A stretch of 64,000 nt of DNA from Mobula birostris (taxonomy: Eukaryota), in assembly GCF_030028105.1 (NCBI RefSeq), contig NC_092379.1, forward strand, positions 24,917,821-24,981,820, given 5' to 3'. The translations under genes and the position numbers were made by a program. The stretch's first letter is position 1. The number at the start of each line of letters is the position of its first letter. Below are positions 1 through 11,350 of this stretch, in pieces. The notes beneath the pieces were generated by a model. The model saw only the letters and a list, made by a program, of their open reading frames with translations, ran no database searches and was not told the origin of the DNA.

Positions 1-159
1 CTTTTCCTTAGACTTGTTCATGGTTGGTAATCTAAACGTGTTATTTTTCTTAAAGCCCAATCCCGTAAATCTCAATGAAACTTGATATATTCAAGAAAAC
101 TGTCCTTATAAACACATTGATAAAACGGCTTAATAAATTTCGCTAGTTCAGATACTTAC

Positions 160-214
160 CTATTGTGACTATAACAGTGGAACCAGTTCCATATAGATTT
201 CCAGTGTAGTAACT
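160..214 (-). CDS. J segment of NAR-TCR cassette
   Basis: Minus strand reads (S)YYTGNLYGTGSTVIVTI-G|GTAAGT. It has a G-x-G J motif of IgNAR type (YGxG rather than FGxG), a phase-1 splice donor at 154-159, and a 23-RSS immediately 5'. Confidence 0.88.
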
Positions 215-253
215 CACCATGTTTCGACTCTCAGTGTCACTGGTACAAGAATC
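215..253 (-). promoter_or_regulatory. 23-bp-spacer RSS of J
   Basis: Heptamer CACCATG (215-221), exactly 23 nt, then nonamer ACAAGAATC (245-253), pointing at the J. Confidence 0.85.
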
Positions 254-559
254 ATCTTCAGTTCATTCGAATCAGTGGCCGTCATTGGACAGTGTACACA
301 TATTCCACACATTTAAAACATCACCAACATTATTCAGTGTTCCACAAACACCAGTGACGAATCTACTTTTGAAAAAGAAAACTCTATAAATGGCTGTACG
401 ATATTTTCCGAATGTTGGTTCTCGAAACTGCAGCCAATGTCAAAGACGAACTCCTGGAAGGGACAAAGCAGAATGGAGTTTCCCAGATCACAGCGTGAAA
501 GTAATCCAACATATGATTCTTTTTCCCGACTCCAGTATATATACTTTATCGGGGCAGAA

Positions 560-587
560 AGTTCTTGTTCGACTATCGTCCGTTGTG
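560..587 (-). promoter_or_regulatory. 12-bp-spacer RSS 3' of D
   Basis: Minus strand reads CACAACG (587-581), 12 nt, then ACAAGAACT (568-560). Confidence 0.7.
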
Positions 588-601
588 TGTGCCCCAATAT
601 C
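588..601 (-). CDS. D segment (GATATTGGGGCACA)
   Basis: G-rich 14-mer, open in all three frames (DIGA, ILGH, YWGT), flanked on both sides by RSS-like signals and lying between the V and J. Confidence 0.75.
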
Positions 602-630
602 CACAGTGTTTCGTGTCAGGTACAAATCGC
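602..630 (-). promoter_or_regulatory. 12(13)-bp-spacer RSS 5' of D
   Basis: Perfect heptamer CACAGTG (602-608). The nonamer is TACAAATCG at a 12 spacer or ACAAATCGC at a 13 spacer. Confidence 0.7.
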
Positions 631-941
631 AGGACAGGATTGGAGTGGAGTTAACAGCTTCCAAACTGCTATTACACCTTCCATGCTGTTGGAGCAGGGT
701 CCCATGCGAAGTAAGGTTTGAGTAGGAGGAAAATCATTCTCAGTTGCTGTTCGTCGGAAATTATTTTGCGAAAAGTGATTTTGTATATGCAAACTCAGAA
801 CAGAAAAGAACCAGAGTAGAAACAATAAACTTCCTGTACCATTACAAAAACAATACTGTATGGAACGCAGACGAAGTGCCTCGATGAATTACGGACAGAT
901 TAACTGCACTCTTTAAGCTGTTGATGGGATAAGTTACAGCC

Positions 942-981
942 AGTATTTGAGAACGGCGGAAATCCTTTACCGATTTCTGTG
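942..981 (-). promoter_or_regulatory. 23(24)-bp-spacer RSS of NAR-TCR V
   Basis: CACAGAA (981-975) follows ...YVCKVQYKY directly. The nonamer is CTCAAATAC (23 spacer) or TCAAATACT (24 spacer, 6/9 consensus). Confidence 0.65.
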
Positions 982-1266
982 TATACTTATATTGAACTTT
1001 ACAGACATAGGTGGCGCTGTCCTTAACTACAAGATTCATAATTTTCAGGGTAATTGTCATTTCTGCTTTATTTTCCGTTATTAAATGTCTTCCTCCTGTG
1101 TTGATCCGCTCTCCCTCCGTTCCTGACTGCGTCTGTTTGATGAAATATCCGGTTACAAAAGTATCGCTTGACGATTTTTTATGGAACATGCATGTGATGG
1201 TGAGAGACTGGCATTCATTTTTAGTCACCGCTGTCGGGCTCTGGGTCACGGACTGGCTGAAAAAGA
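982..1266 (-). CDS. NAR-TCR V exon (IgNAR-like V domain)
   Basis: tttccag acceptor, then open frame (L)FFSQSVTQSPTAVTKNECQSLTITCMFHKKSSSDTFVTGYFIKQTQSGTEGERINTGGRHLITENKAEMTITLKIMNLVVKDSATYVCKVQYK. It has both canonical cysteines, the IgNAR-like short C'/C'' region with ERIxTGGR, and an extra FR1 Cys. Confidence 0.88.
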
Positions 1267-1413
1267 CTGGAAATTAAGAATATGGAGAAGCGAAGCGGCA
1301 TTAGATGTGAAACGTGCAAGACGGCTAATATAATGACTTCATGAAATTCTGAATCTACTTGTTCAATTTTATATCTATGTCACATATTGCGGACAGTTGT
1401 GAACAGTACTCAC

Positions 1414-1456
1414 GGCGAAAGCAGAGGCAGAGCGTGACACCCAAGAGAAAGTTCAT
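1414..1456 (-). CDS. Leader exon of NAR-TCR V
   Basis: ATG-NFLLGVTLCLCFR-C|GTGAGT. It is hydrophobic and phase 1, with a 147-nt intron to the V acceptor. Confidence 0.85.
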
Positions 1457-1547
1457 TGTTTCGTCTCCGGGTGTTAGATGTTTCATATTACGGACAGCGA
1501 GAGTGTTGTGGCAGTTTGTTCACCAGAACTGGGCTGAGACAGCTCGG

Positions 1548-1609
1548 CCGGAAGCTGATGTACATTTATGCAATTGCTGCGCTTTTTCCGCATTATATTT
1601 TGTGCGTCA
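1548..1609 (-). promoter_or_regulatory. Putative V promoter motifs (ETS-like, octamer-like, CRE-like)
   Basis: CCGGAAGC at about 1548, ATGCAATT (7/8 octamer) at 1568-1575 and TGACGCA on the minus strand at 1603-1609, all 90-155 nt upstream of the ATG. Confidence 0.3.
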
Positions 1610-4600
1610 AAGGGGCAGGTTTAATGAGCAATAGGTATGGTTCTATTTCCTCCAAAGCTCTTTGAAGCTAATGAGAAAGGTCCTCCCTGATTTTTTTAAC
1701 ACCAATAGGAGTAATGCCTCGTCCTTTGAATAAATACGAAAAGTCGGGGGAGATGGGAAAAGGAAATGACATAATTTACAGGTGCCATGGTGAAAAGAAG
1801 TCTCGTCAACATTACTGCTGCTGTTACTTTGTTTCAACATATTTCAACAGCCACCTCCAGGTTTCTCAAGGAATGTCGTTAACGATATAGAAAACGGTAA
1901 GAAGGTGTTAGAAATGGAACAAGTTTTTTTTTTCTTGGGCATTGAGAAAGTTAGAGGGAAAGTTGAGGAAATTGAGAGCATAAGCAAGGGTACATGAGGA
2001 ACAATGACGCCACTGTCCGTGTAACACCGAAAGAGTTGAAGAACTTTGGGGCGCTGCCAGTGTTCTGCGTAGGTGACGTAAGTTTAGGCACAGCAGGGAA
2101 GGGGCGGATGGGTGAAAGCATGTCGGTACCCATGTCTGCAACAAAGTGGGAGGAGCTGAAAGAAAGACAATGGTGTTTGTCAGAACCAGCTGCTCAATAT
2201 TACTAGGTTTTCCTCCTCTTCATTTGCGAGATACTGTGTGCGAGAGACTCAGATTACAGTCTGACTAATGCAACGAAATGCATTCTCCATACAGACAATA
2301 CAATTACTTGCATTATCAATATACCAGATTGTAGAAAACTCACCCAACTGTGCCTACAGTGAATTGCAGATGAGCCGATGTACTTCTGTACTGGTACGAG
2401 TATGTTTTCGGTCCTCCGTAATTACATATTGCACTCATCACCTAACAGCTGCTCAGTTAATTTTACTATCCTCAATCCCACCTTCTACTTTGCCTTGTTT
2501 TCATATTCCTTTCCAAAGATGCTGCCGAGCCTGCTGAGTTCCCCAAGGACTTTGCCTGTGTCCCTCTGGATTTCCAGTACATAAAAAAAAAACGTTTTAT
2601 GACCATTTGATAATAATTTTGACTTTGACATTATTCGACGGGTATGACAGGTCAGGCCACAGGGTGAGTGGAAGGATGTTACGCGGGTTTTGTTCACAGG
2701 ATTTAGTTATGAGGGGAAGCGTGCCCAGGGATTTGCTAAGTGACACCAAAGGGACCGATTTCGAATAAGCACATTGGACATTTAGTTGAGACAAAGATTA
2801 AGACATTCCACCAAACAGCAAAATCAGCATAAGTTGACATATTGTGACACTTAATGGTCAGTTACACTTCAAACTCAACAAGTACTTCATAAGTCTCCCC
2901 GAATATATAAAGAAAAATCTAAACTTTCAACGCACACTTATCTAAGTGTGCAAATGGCCGCTCCTATATCAGGAGCATAATTTTCCAGTGGTAATCTAGC
3001 ACTGCTCGCGACCTAAGTGTGAAATGAGCCCGTGGAGAGTAAGGAAAACAAGCGTGTCTCTTGCAGGTGCTACTTACATACCCCCGCATCGCCATGAGCT
3101 GAGCACTACTGCCACCGATATCAGGGAAACCAAAGGGAATATTGATTATTCCATCTAAAGGATAATTCAGTGAATAGCCGGTACCCTAGAAGCGGCTTGA
3201 AACAAGTAAGTAATCTAAACTTTCACGTTACAGTTCCTAATAAACTTGAAGTATCAACTGAAGTGATTATCTCATGTGGGTAGCAATCGCATTTTGCTCC
3301 ACCTTGGTTGACCCGGGCTTTCTTACCTCGACTCTTTGGTCTAGCACGTTCTCAACTGATGCAATCGTGAGCATCATAATGATATTATTGGAATGGAGGA
3401 GCTGTATGTCGAACTCAGTATCAAAGCATAAAAAATAGAATCATTCTTCAAAATCGAAGTGGAAGCCAATTAACTCCTTAACTTCAACCGCATGCTGGAG
3501 ATAGTAGTTGAGGATAATAAAATATCCTCATTATACATGAAATTTATTTTGTTAAAGCTTTCTCAATCTGGGTTAACCAACCCATTAATGGAGGATTTTG
3601 CTCCATGGCACAGAACCGGTTAGGTGCCTCTGTTTTAGATAGTGCAGGCTTAAATCTGGGCGATTATGCGAAAATCGTGTATTATGAATGCTGGAAAAGA
3701 TTAGAACAATAAGTGCCTTGAATCCACTTCTCTCGGTTCTAGCGTCATCTGGCGCTCATGTCAAATCTCCATTCCCACTTCAGACGTTATATTCACCCAT
3801 TATGTTTCAGATTTTTTTGTAACATTACCTTGAAACTATTCAAATGACTATTGACCTGAGTTTCAAAAGAGACTTTTCGACAGATTAGGTACTACTGAGG
3901 TACACAAACTTGATACAAATGCAGTTATTTAGATTCAGACTGAAATACGGCGCTTGCACTCATTTCCGAAAGGAACGCATACAAATAAGTTTACTCTACA
4001 CATGTCAATCCGACATCTCCACGTATTAACACAACAGCAATTTCGAAGCAGATTCAATAGTACTTTTGTTCACATCCCTTGCATCCATGTTCCATTGTTG
4101 GGCAGTGGACGATTGGCGGCGAAATGTTGGTATCCACTCTGTGATTTTTGTTCTTCCTTTGTATTAATCGTCTTGTAAATCCAACAGCAACCACATCTTC
4201 ATGCATGGAATTCAGAACTTGAAAATTTCTATCTCTGCACTACGAAATACTACGTAACATTCTTCTCGGATTATGTCACGCCAACTGACGTGTTATCCCT
4301 GTGAAATCCCTCTCTTGCTTTATTTCTAATGGCTTACGCTTTATTCAGTCGTTTCAGCGTAAGAGAGCTTTGGTGACAGAGAGCATGTTTATGTATTTTG
4401 GACACAGTAAAACATATTAAGTGTCAGGTTCGTGCAAGGTATTGCGTACTTGTCCATAATGTTTCAGTGGGCTCACGCACATGTGTCCAATTTGTAAATT
4501 CCCGCCTGTCCGAAACGTCGTGATGGAGCGGAGGTCCAGCGGTTACATTCGGTAACGAGAAGGTACGACATGAGGGCACACATCAGGGGCAACTTTTCTC

Positions 4601-4730
4601 ACTTGTTGATAGCTTCGTTCCCGAGAAGGCCATGAAAACCTTCAACTGGAGACCGACTGTGCTGCTGGAACTCTGTTTGTCGATCTTGAAGGATGAAGAG
4701 GTGTGAACGTTTCTTTCCATCCCCCCATCC

Positions 4731-4804
4731 TCTCTCTCTCTCTCTCTCTCTCTGTCACGCTGTCTTTCTCGCTCTTTCTAACTCTGTCTCTTCGTCTATC
4801 ACTG

Positions 4805-4846
<42 letters not shown>
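4731..4846. repeat. (CT)n microsatellite, interrupted
   Basis: Direct reading. Confidence 0.95.
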
Positions 4847-4848
<2 letters not shown>

Positions 4849-5109
4849 ATCTTACTCACATTCTTCTCGGTTATATTTATCAATGTCTGTCTTGTGCTGC
4901 TATGCTCGTGTTTTGAAACCAATTGTGTCTGCAATCTCTCGCACTCAGGTCTTTGTACCGCTCTCCTGCTTTGTATCACCTTGTCTGTGTGGAGTAATTG
5001 CCGCATGTTATACACCATTGTCATGGAATGGTTATGTAAATTCGTTAAACGACTGTTTTACTTTTTGTCATGATTGATGGAACAGGTGAACCGTCATTCA
5101 GAAATGCTT

Positions 5110-5385
5110 ACATTATCTCTACAACACTTCTATAGATGTAGAGTGGAAAGTGTATTGGCGGACTACATCATTGCGTAGTATGGAATAATCAACATTCTTG
5201 AACGGAAAATCCCAGGTTTCGGCCCAGAACATCATTGGTAAATCCCTTCCAAGCATTGAGCACAGCGACCTGAAACGCTGCATTAGGCGTTTCTGGTGCA
5301 ATCAGGTGGAATATATAACCGCCTCAGGATTCGCACCACCATGTTCAAGTACAGTTACTACCTCACAGCCATCAGGCACTTCAAC
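5110..5385 (+). mobile_element. Rex1/Babar-like LINE 3' fragment, degenerate
   Basis: Remnants of the FYRCxVESxL...LPSI...RC...HP...YYLTAIR C-terminal motif set. Confidence 0.55.
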
Positions 5386-7683
5386 TTAGGGGATGACAAC
5401 AATCGCTTGCCAGTTTATTGAGATGTACCCACATTCAATGACTTGCAATAAAGACACTTTAAATTGTTATCTCATGTTATCGTTATTTATTGGTATTTTT
5501 ATATTTGCTTTTGAACAGTCTGGTGTGTTCCAAACTCTCGATTTTCTTTCATTGACTCTGTTAGAGGTGCAATATTATAGATTTGCTGAGCATGCCCGCA
5601 GGTTCTATAGGGTTATATGTTATGCAACTTGGTAATAAAGGTTTCTTTCAAATTTGAAATTGGACTAAATTAGATATTTCTCTGGAGACGGTATTTACAG
5701 TACCGCTGTTGGGAACAACGCGTAACGTTACACCTTGTATATTTCAATCTGATAGTGACAATGTGACCATCATAAAAGTACTGAAGAGGCGGATTGTCAG
5801 ACACCAAGGAAATAGGATCTTGAGAATGTTAAAGCAGAATTAACCAATACTTTAATGTTGATCAGCGTGTACATGACACCAAATAAGTAGCCGGCGCTAT
5901 AACACCGTTTCCTTTGTTCGAAACTGTGGCAAATGTAAGCGATATTACTTGGAAGTAATTCTGGTGTATTCCTGCGTGAAAAATAAAGAACACTGGCAGA
6001 TCCCCAAAAAAGTGTGTTGAATAAGGGGAAATTGGTAAAAATGTGTTTATCCACTGGAATATTTATGAAAATGCAGCACTATTTTGAGTAACTTAAGAAG
6101 CGGGGCACAGTAAAATGGAAGAATTACTTTAGTTATTCTGCTTTGCTTATTTTCTCGTTTATGTTTGCTGTGAAAGACAGATATAGAAGAATATAACAGT
6201 ATAATTCTCCTGCATGAATGATCCACTTAGTAAATGCAACGTTCTCTCTTTTGTTCTTACACAAAGTGCAATTTATGACAAGCGAATGTAGACCGTTCGG
6301 CTTCTTATTATGTTAATAGTTTTGAGCATGCACTTCCTACTTTGTCTTCATTTCACTTTGTCTACGTATCCCACAATAGGTCAATCAGGATTTTTTTTTC
6401 AATTTTGCAGCAGGTTGTTAGACTTCACTTATTTTCCAAAATTCAGCATCTCGCATGTCATTCTGAGGACCCTGTGTTTGATAACGTTCTTGCGTCTCAG
6501 TGATTTTGAATGCATCGTTGTCACTAACACTCGCTCATGCCAATACTCAATCAGTTTGCAGCCGCAAAAGCAGAGTCATCCCTCGCTCACATCCAATGCC
6601 AATCGAACGGCAGACCACTGGAATCTAAAATACTCAGTCGATTTCCGTGAATTAGTCACCGCTATTCTTACCTACTCTAAAATGATACCAGCATTTAGTC
6701 TTCAAAATTGTCTATCTTTCTGCTCACGGGGAATGTTGCAACAGCTGTCATTTCGACTTTGAGCTAAATGTGATTTGCTCTGCAAATATATCCTGTGGGA
6801 AATATCAAGAAACCCATTTAGAAATAACTTCTCTCTCATTTTGAGGGGTATGAAAATGATTTGATACTGTAATATTTCCAAGGTCACATTGAGACAAGTG
6901 AGATGTTGAGGTACATATCAGTTGTGTGATCATCTCTTTGCACGTGCAGACTATGTTTTCATTCATGCAAAGACTATTGATCTCGCTGTTGCAAGAGCAT
7001 TTCGATGACTACCTGATCACGAGCCATCATCCTCCATTGCCAAATTACGTCAGGACGTTATAAACAAACTCGTGCCCCATTTTCCAGTAACACAGGAAGG
7101 TCATTAAAATGTCCTTAATAGATGGCGCAATAGTTGTTTTACCAAAGTCGGAAACCGTCGAGAATCATTCATTAAAGAAGCACAATTATAATTATATTTG
7201 CCCATATTAGACAGCCGAAAGTTACACACATTATTCCGTTTCAGGCTGGCGATTATATATTAATGATGCCAAGAATTTTGCTTGACACGATTCCTCCCTG
7301 AATGTACCAATCAGCAGAAAAAAAAATATTGTATGTAATTCTGGTATTCGAAGTTTATTTGTCTTTCAAAATGATAGAACTCAACAGCTCAACGAAAGTG
7401 TATCTCCTTCCCGGCTGTAGAATAGGGTCCGATATAGAGTAATGAATTCGAAAGGGGAATTAGTCTTTCCTGACAACCATTTCATAAAACCATTCGCTGG
7501 AAAGATGTCACGATCCTAATACATTGAGCAGTGAGGAAATGAAACGTGTGAACTGTAATAATCTAGTCCTCTCAGAATCAAGACTGTGGAGACAGTAGTG
7601 CCGTGGACATTTTTTTTTTGCGATAATCTGCAGACAATGCTTTATTACGCCCAGAGTCCTAGCTTTAGAGTATGTACCTTCCC

Positions 7684-7972
7684 AACTGTAATCCGATTTA
7701 CAGGAATGGGTGCGCTGACTCAGTTTTGATATTCAGGATTAATAATGTACTTCTCCTTCAAGCATGAAAATAAATCTTGAAAAAAAAACTCATCCACCCT
7801 GTTTGAATACGGTCGCATTCCGTCGGGCTCTTCTTACACTTGGCGATACATACAGTGCGATAATCATACCATCTCCAGAAACCAATCTGGAAATTGCAAA
7901 TTGTGGTGAGAACCTGACGGTTATTCAACGTCACCGCAGGCAGGCACTGAATCACCGTTTGACTAAAAGATC
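7684..7972 (-). pseudogene. NAR-TCR V pseudogene
   Basis: Same tttccag acceptor. GSFSQTVIQCLPAVTLNNRQVLTTIC...TECDRIQTGW...TLLILNIKTESA/THSCK aligns with the V at 982-1266. It has an in-frame TGA (7760-7758), a +1 frameshift before the second Cys and no usable RSS. A probable decayed leader lies at about 8121-8160. Confidence 0.8.
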
Positions 7973-10379
7973 CTGGAAATATTAAAAAAAAAGTGATAGA
8001 TTAATGGAAATCAGCGCAAACAAGTCAGCAGTGTTAACACCCGTTCTGTTTGAAATTGGAAATGGTTTTGTTAAGTTTGATATTAACCTGTAACCTCCAA
8101 CTATGTGCAAATCCCGTCATGGTGTGAGCAAGGGACGGGATGATGAAGAGAATGATATCCTTAGTTTTCGATGAAAACTCATTTCCACAGATGGACATTC
8201 TTCCTCAAACTGCTTCCATTATTTTATAAGACAAATATCTTCTTATACCCCCTGTCGTTATCAATCAACATTTTCAATGCTCTCTCCATGCCATGACAAT
8301 TCCGCAAGTGCAACACAATTTGTTTCATCGAGGTCACATATATTTTGCAACCGTACCTTTCCCCTTTAAATTGTACACTGATTCAATTTCCCGGATGCTG
8401 ACTGTCCCGCTGAATATTTTAAGACGAATTTCTACATAAAAAATGAGCATTTACCCCTATGCATTCATGTTTGTTTACCTTTAGTTAACCTTTGAGTACC
8501 AACCTGTGTTACATTAATCTTGCTGTCATCTCAGTTGCGCTCTGAAATGTATTGCTATTTTCCACATCAGATGACATTGTCTTGTCTCAGTTCGGCTGTT
8601 CCTGATCAAACAGGAATTTGCATTTGCTTTTAATTTTCCTTTAGAATGTTGCCTTCTTTTCTTACCAATACTAAGTATCACTGGTGCTGCAGAAGGTATG
8701 AGGTTCCTTGCACCTGTTCGTGTGTACATATCTGAAAATATGACAGTAAGTTCTATTGAAATATTAGACTTTGGTTTTAATATGTTAAAGTTCCGTTAGT
8801 GTTTGTCTTCCTATTTTCAGTCTTTATTCCCACTTTCACAACTGGCATAATCTTCCAGAAACATTTCACAGTCAGCAGTCAGACAACCATTACTCTTCCA
8901 TCTCATTGTACCGCTCTGCCTGCCTCGGTCTGACCCGACTGACATTACTTAACAGGTAGTATTAATCAACATTTGTGTGCTTCAGTCAGTCCTCAAAACA
9001 TTAATTTTGTTTATCTGGCGTCACTCTAGTAGAAGCTTTTCCACCACCTGTGTGAATTACTTTGTCCTACCGAAGGTACCTAAGCGTCAACTCATGCAAA
9101 TGATGTGATCTAGTTTCAAAACCGCATTAATGTTGCAAGGCATTGGGGTTTATGAAGATTAACAAGCAGAATGACAGAAAGTAGCGGTAACAATAAAAAA
9201 AAAAGATCTGCAATTATCCCTTGTCTTTCGATTTTTGTGTCTGTAACACGTTCGCATGTTTATTTAGTTGGTAATCATTGCTTCTGTTTGAAAATACTTT
9301 GTATTTTATACTTTTAATTCGAATTGAGTAATCATCTATAATTCTGAAGACCTGTGTGAATTATAAATGTGCGATGTTGAAATTTGCCCTGATCATTACA
9401 ATAAAATAAACTGATCTTAACGTATGGTATTAGCTAAGATATCGTCCCGTTGGTGGGGTGTGGTTATTCACCACTGAAATAATGCGTATTGGCAGCTACA
9501 CTTCCCTCATAGAGAAAAAAAAAAGTAAGGTAGTCTTTGTAGACTACGTTAATGCAGTATTATCCTACTATAGGGATGTAAACTCATAACAAATGTATCC
9601 TAAAAAATCTTTTTGAGTTGAAGGCGTTTCGGACAGTGCAAACAATGCCATCACATGTGATGAAATAGAAACCACGGTTTTAGCTTACGAGCTAACCAAA
9701 TGCAGGTTTATAGTTGTTGTTGTTGTTGTTGTTGTTGTTTTTCTTTTTCCCTAGTATTTCCTAGACTGGTTACTGCTGGCTTCTCGCTCACTGATGCCAG
9801 ACGAAGCTGACTATGTGTGACGGTCTCTCTTTCTCTCAAAATCCGGTTCATTCACTGTTACCTGTGTCCAAACATTTTTTACTCAGTCTTTCTTCGTATT
9901 ATAGAGATCCATGCAATACTAAGCACAATCCTTGTTCTTAATACATTCCACCATTTAATACCCAGACCACGGAGTGTTGGTGTTACATTAAGCTCCAAAC
10001 ACCCAACGCCGTCACTGTCCATACGACTCTGAACCTTAGGACACCAAACAGATTAAAACTATTCACAATAACACAAGGACGAAACAAATTAAACTCATAT
10101 TTATAACGCTGAACGTGGTCATTGATAATTGCATATGAGTCTTACATCACTAGGTGCAGAAATTCTTCTTGGTAAAATTGCTACACACAAAGTCACAGAA
10201 CCAAAGTGTAGTAGAGCGCGAAAACTGTTTTAGCTTGAAATATCAACTATATGTTCATGTTCGTGGAAGCTGCCTGCCCTGCCGAGTTTCCCTAGCATTT
10301 GGTGTATCTTGCAACATGCCATTGAATGTATTTTTTTTTCCATGTCAGCTGATCTATCATCATTTCCGACCTGACAGCT

Positions 10380-11350
10380 TTGGTACATAATTCCCCCTCC
10401 ACTGTCCAGGAGGTATTTACCAAATGTCTCTTCAGTGTGGAATTGTACCTGTCTCCTTTGCTTTCTCTGGCATTTTATTCCGCGTATTCCTTACCATCTG
10501 TGCAAATAATTCGACTCTGAGATCTTTGTAAGTACCTCTGCAACTACCTTCCACTGCGCACCCTACCACTGGTCTGACCGTCGACCTTGTACGTACAACT
10601 TATGAATTTTTCAATCTTCCATAATGACTCAACCTACTCTCCAACGCTGCAAGTTAATAATGATCCAGTGTGCTGATCTTTCATATAAATCGGGTCCTCT
10701 GCACCAGTAAGCATCCCCTTCAGCTGAGAATGTAATTGCTATTACATGGTGAAAATGCTGTACACAATACTCCACATATAGATTGAACAACGGAATAAGG
10801 AACTGGAACATATTTTTGCTGAAGGTAAATTGGATGCACTAGGTGGTAAAACTAGGCTTCTAAGCACATTATATAATACACTCTGTAAATACACGGCTCT
10901 TTCACCATTTGTACCTTGGACTCCCAGATGCTTCTGATCCAGGGGATAAAACAGGGCAGCAGTGCCTTCCCATTAATGGCATATCTCCTCTTCTGGATTC
11001 AATGGCCAAAATGCATAACCTTCTACATGCGTACGGTGAGATACGTTTATCATGCCTCACTCTACCTCCCAATTTGATCATTTGGAATTGACTATAAACT
11101 TTTCACAGGACCTGCTAATTTAGTATAAGCAAATACTTGCAGATTGTACAGTGCGTATTCACATTAATCAAATGACAGAGCCATGGGCATTTTTACCATC
11201 CGAACGCCTTCAGAATCGACTATCACTATTAACCCCTGCTTCCAACTTTGAGTCAATTATAAATCCCACTATCAAGCTCCCCAATCCCATCCGACCTGAT
11301 ACTCTATATCACAATGCCATGCTGTAGCTTGCCAAAAGTTTTAGTGAAGT
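10380..11350 (-). mobile_element. CR1-type LINE fragments, old
   Basis: Degenerate 3' ORF2 and 3'UTR similar to the younger CR1 copies at 48.1 kb and 53.5 kb. Confidence 0.5.

Noticed and set aside
212-300. GTGAGT donor with VTLRVET as an alternative J
   Set aside because: It has the wrong phase and no GxG. These bases are better explained as the 23-RSS of the true J at 160-214.
4693-5077. 124-126 aa ORFs
   Set aside because: These are artefacts of the (CT)n microsatellite.
7010-7097. FGNGG*WLVI J-like motif and a GTGCCCCA D-like motif
   Set aside because: It contains a stop, and there is no RSS at a usable distance.
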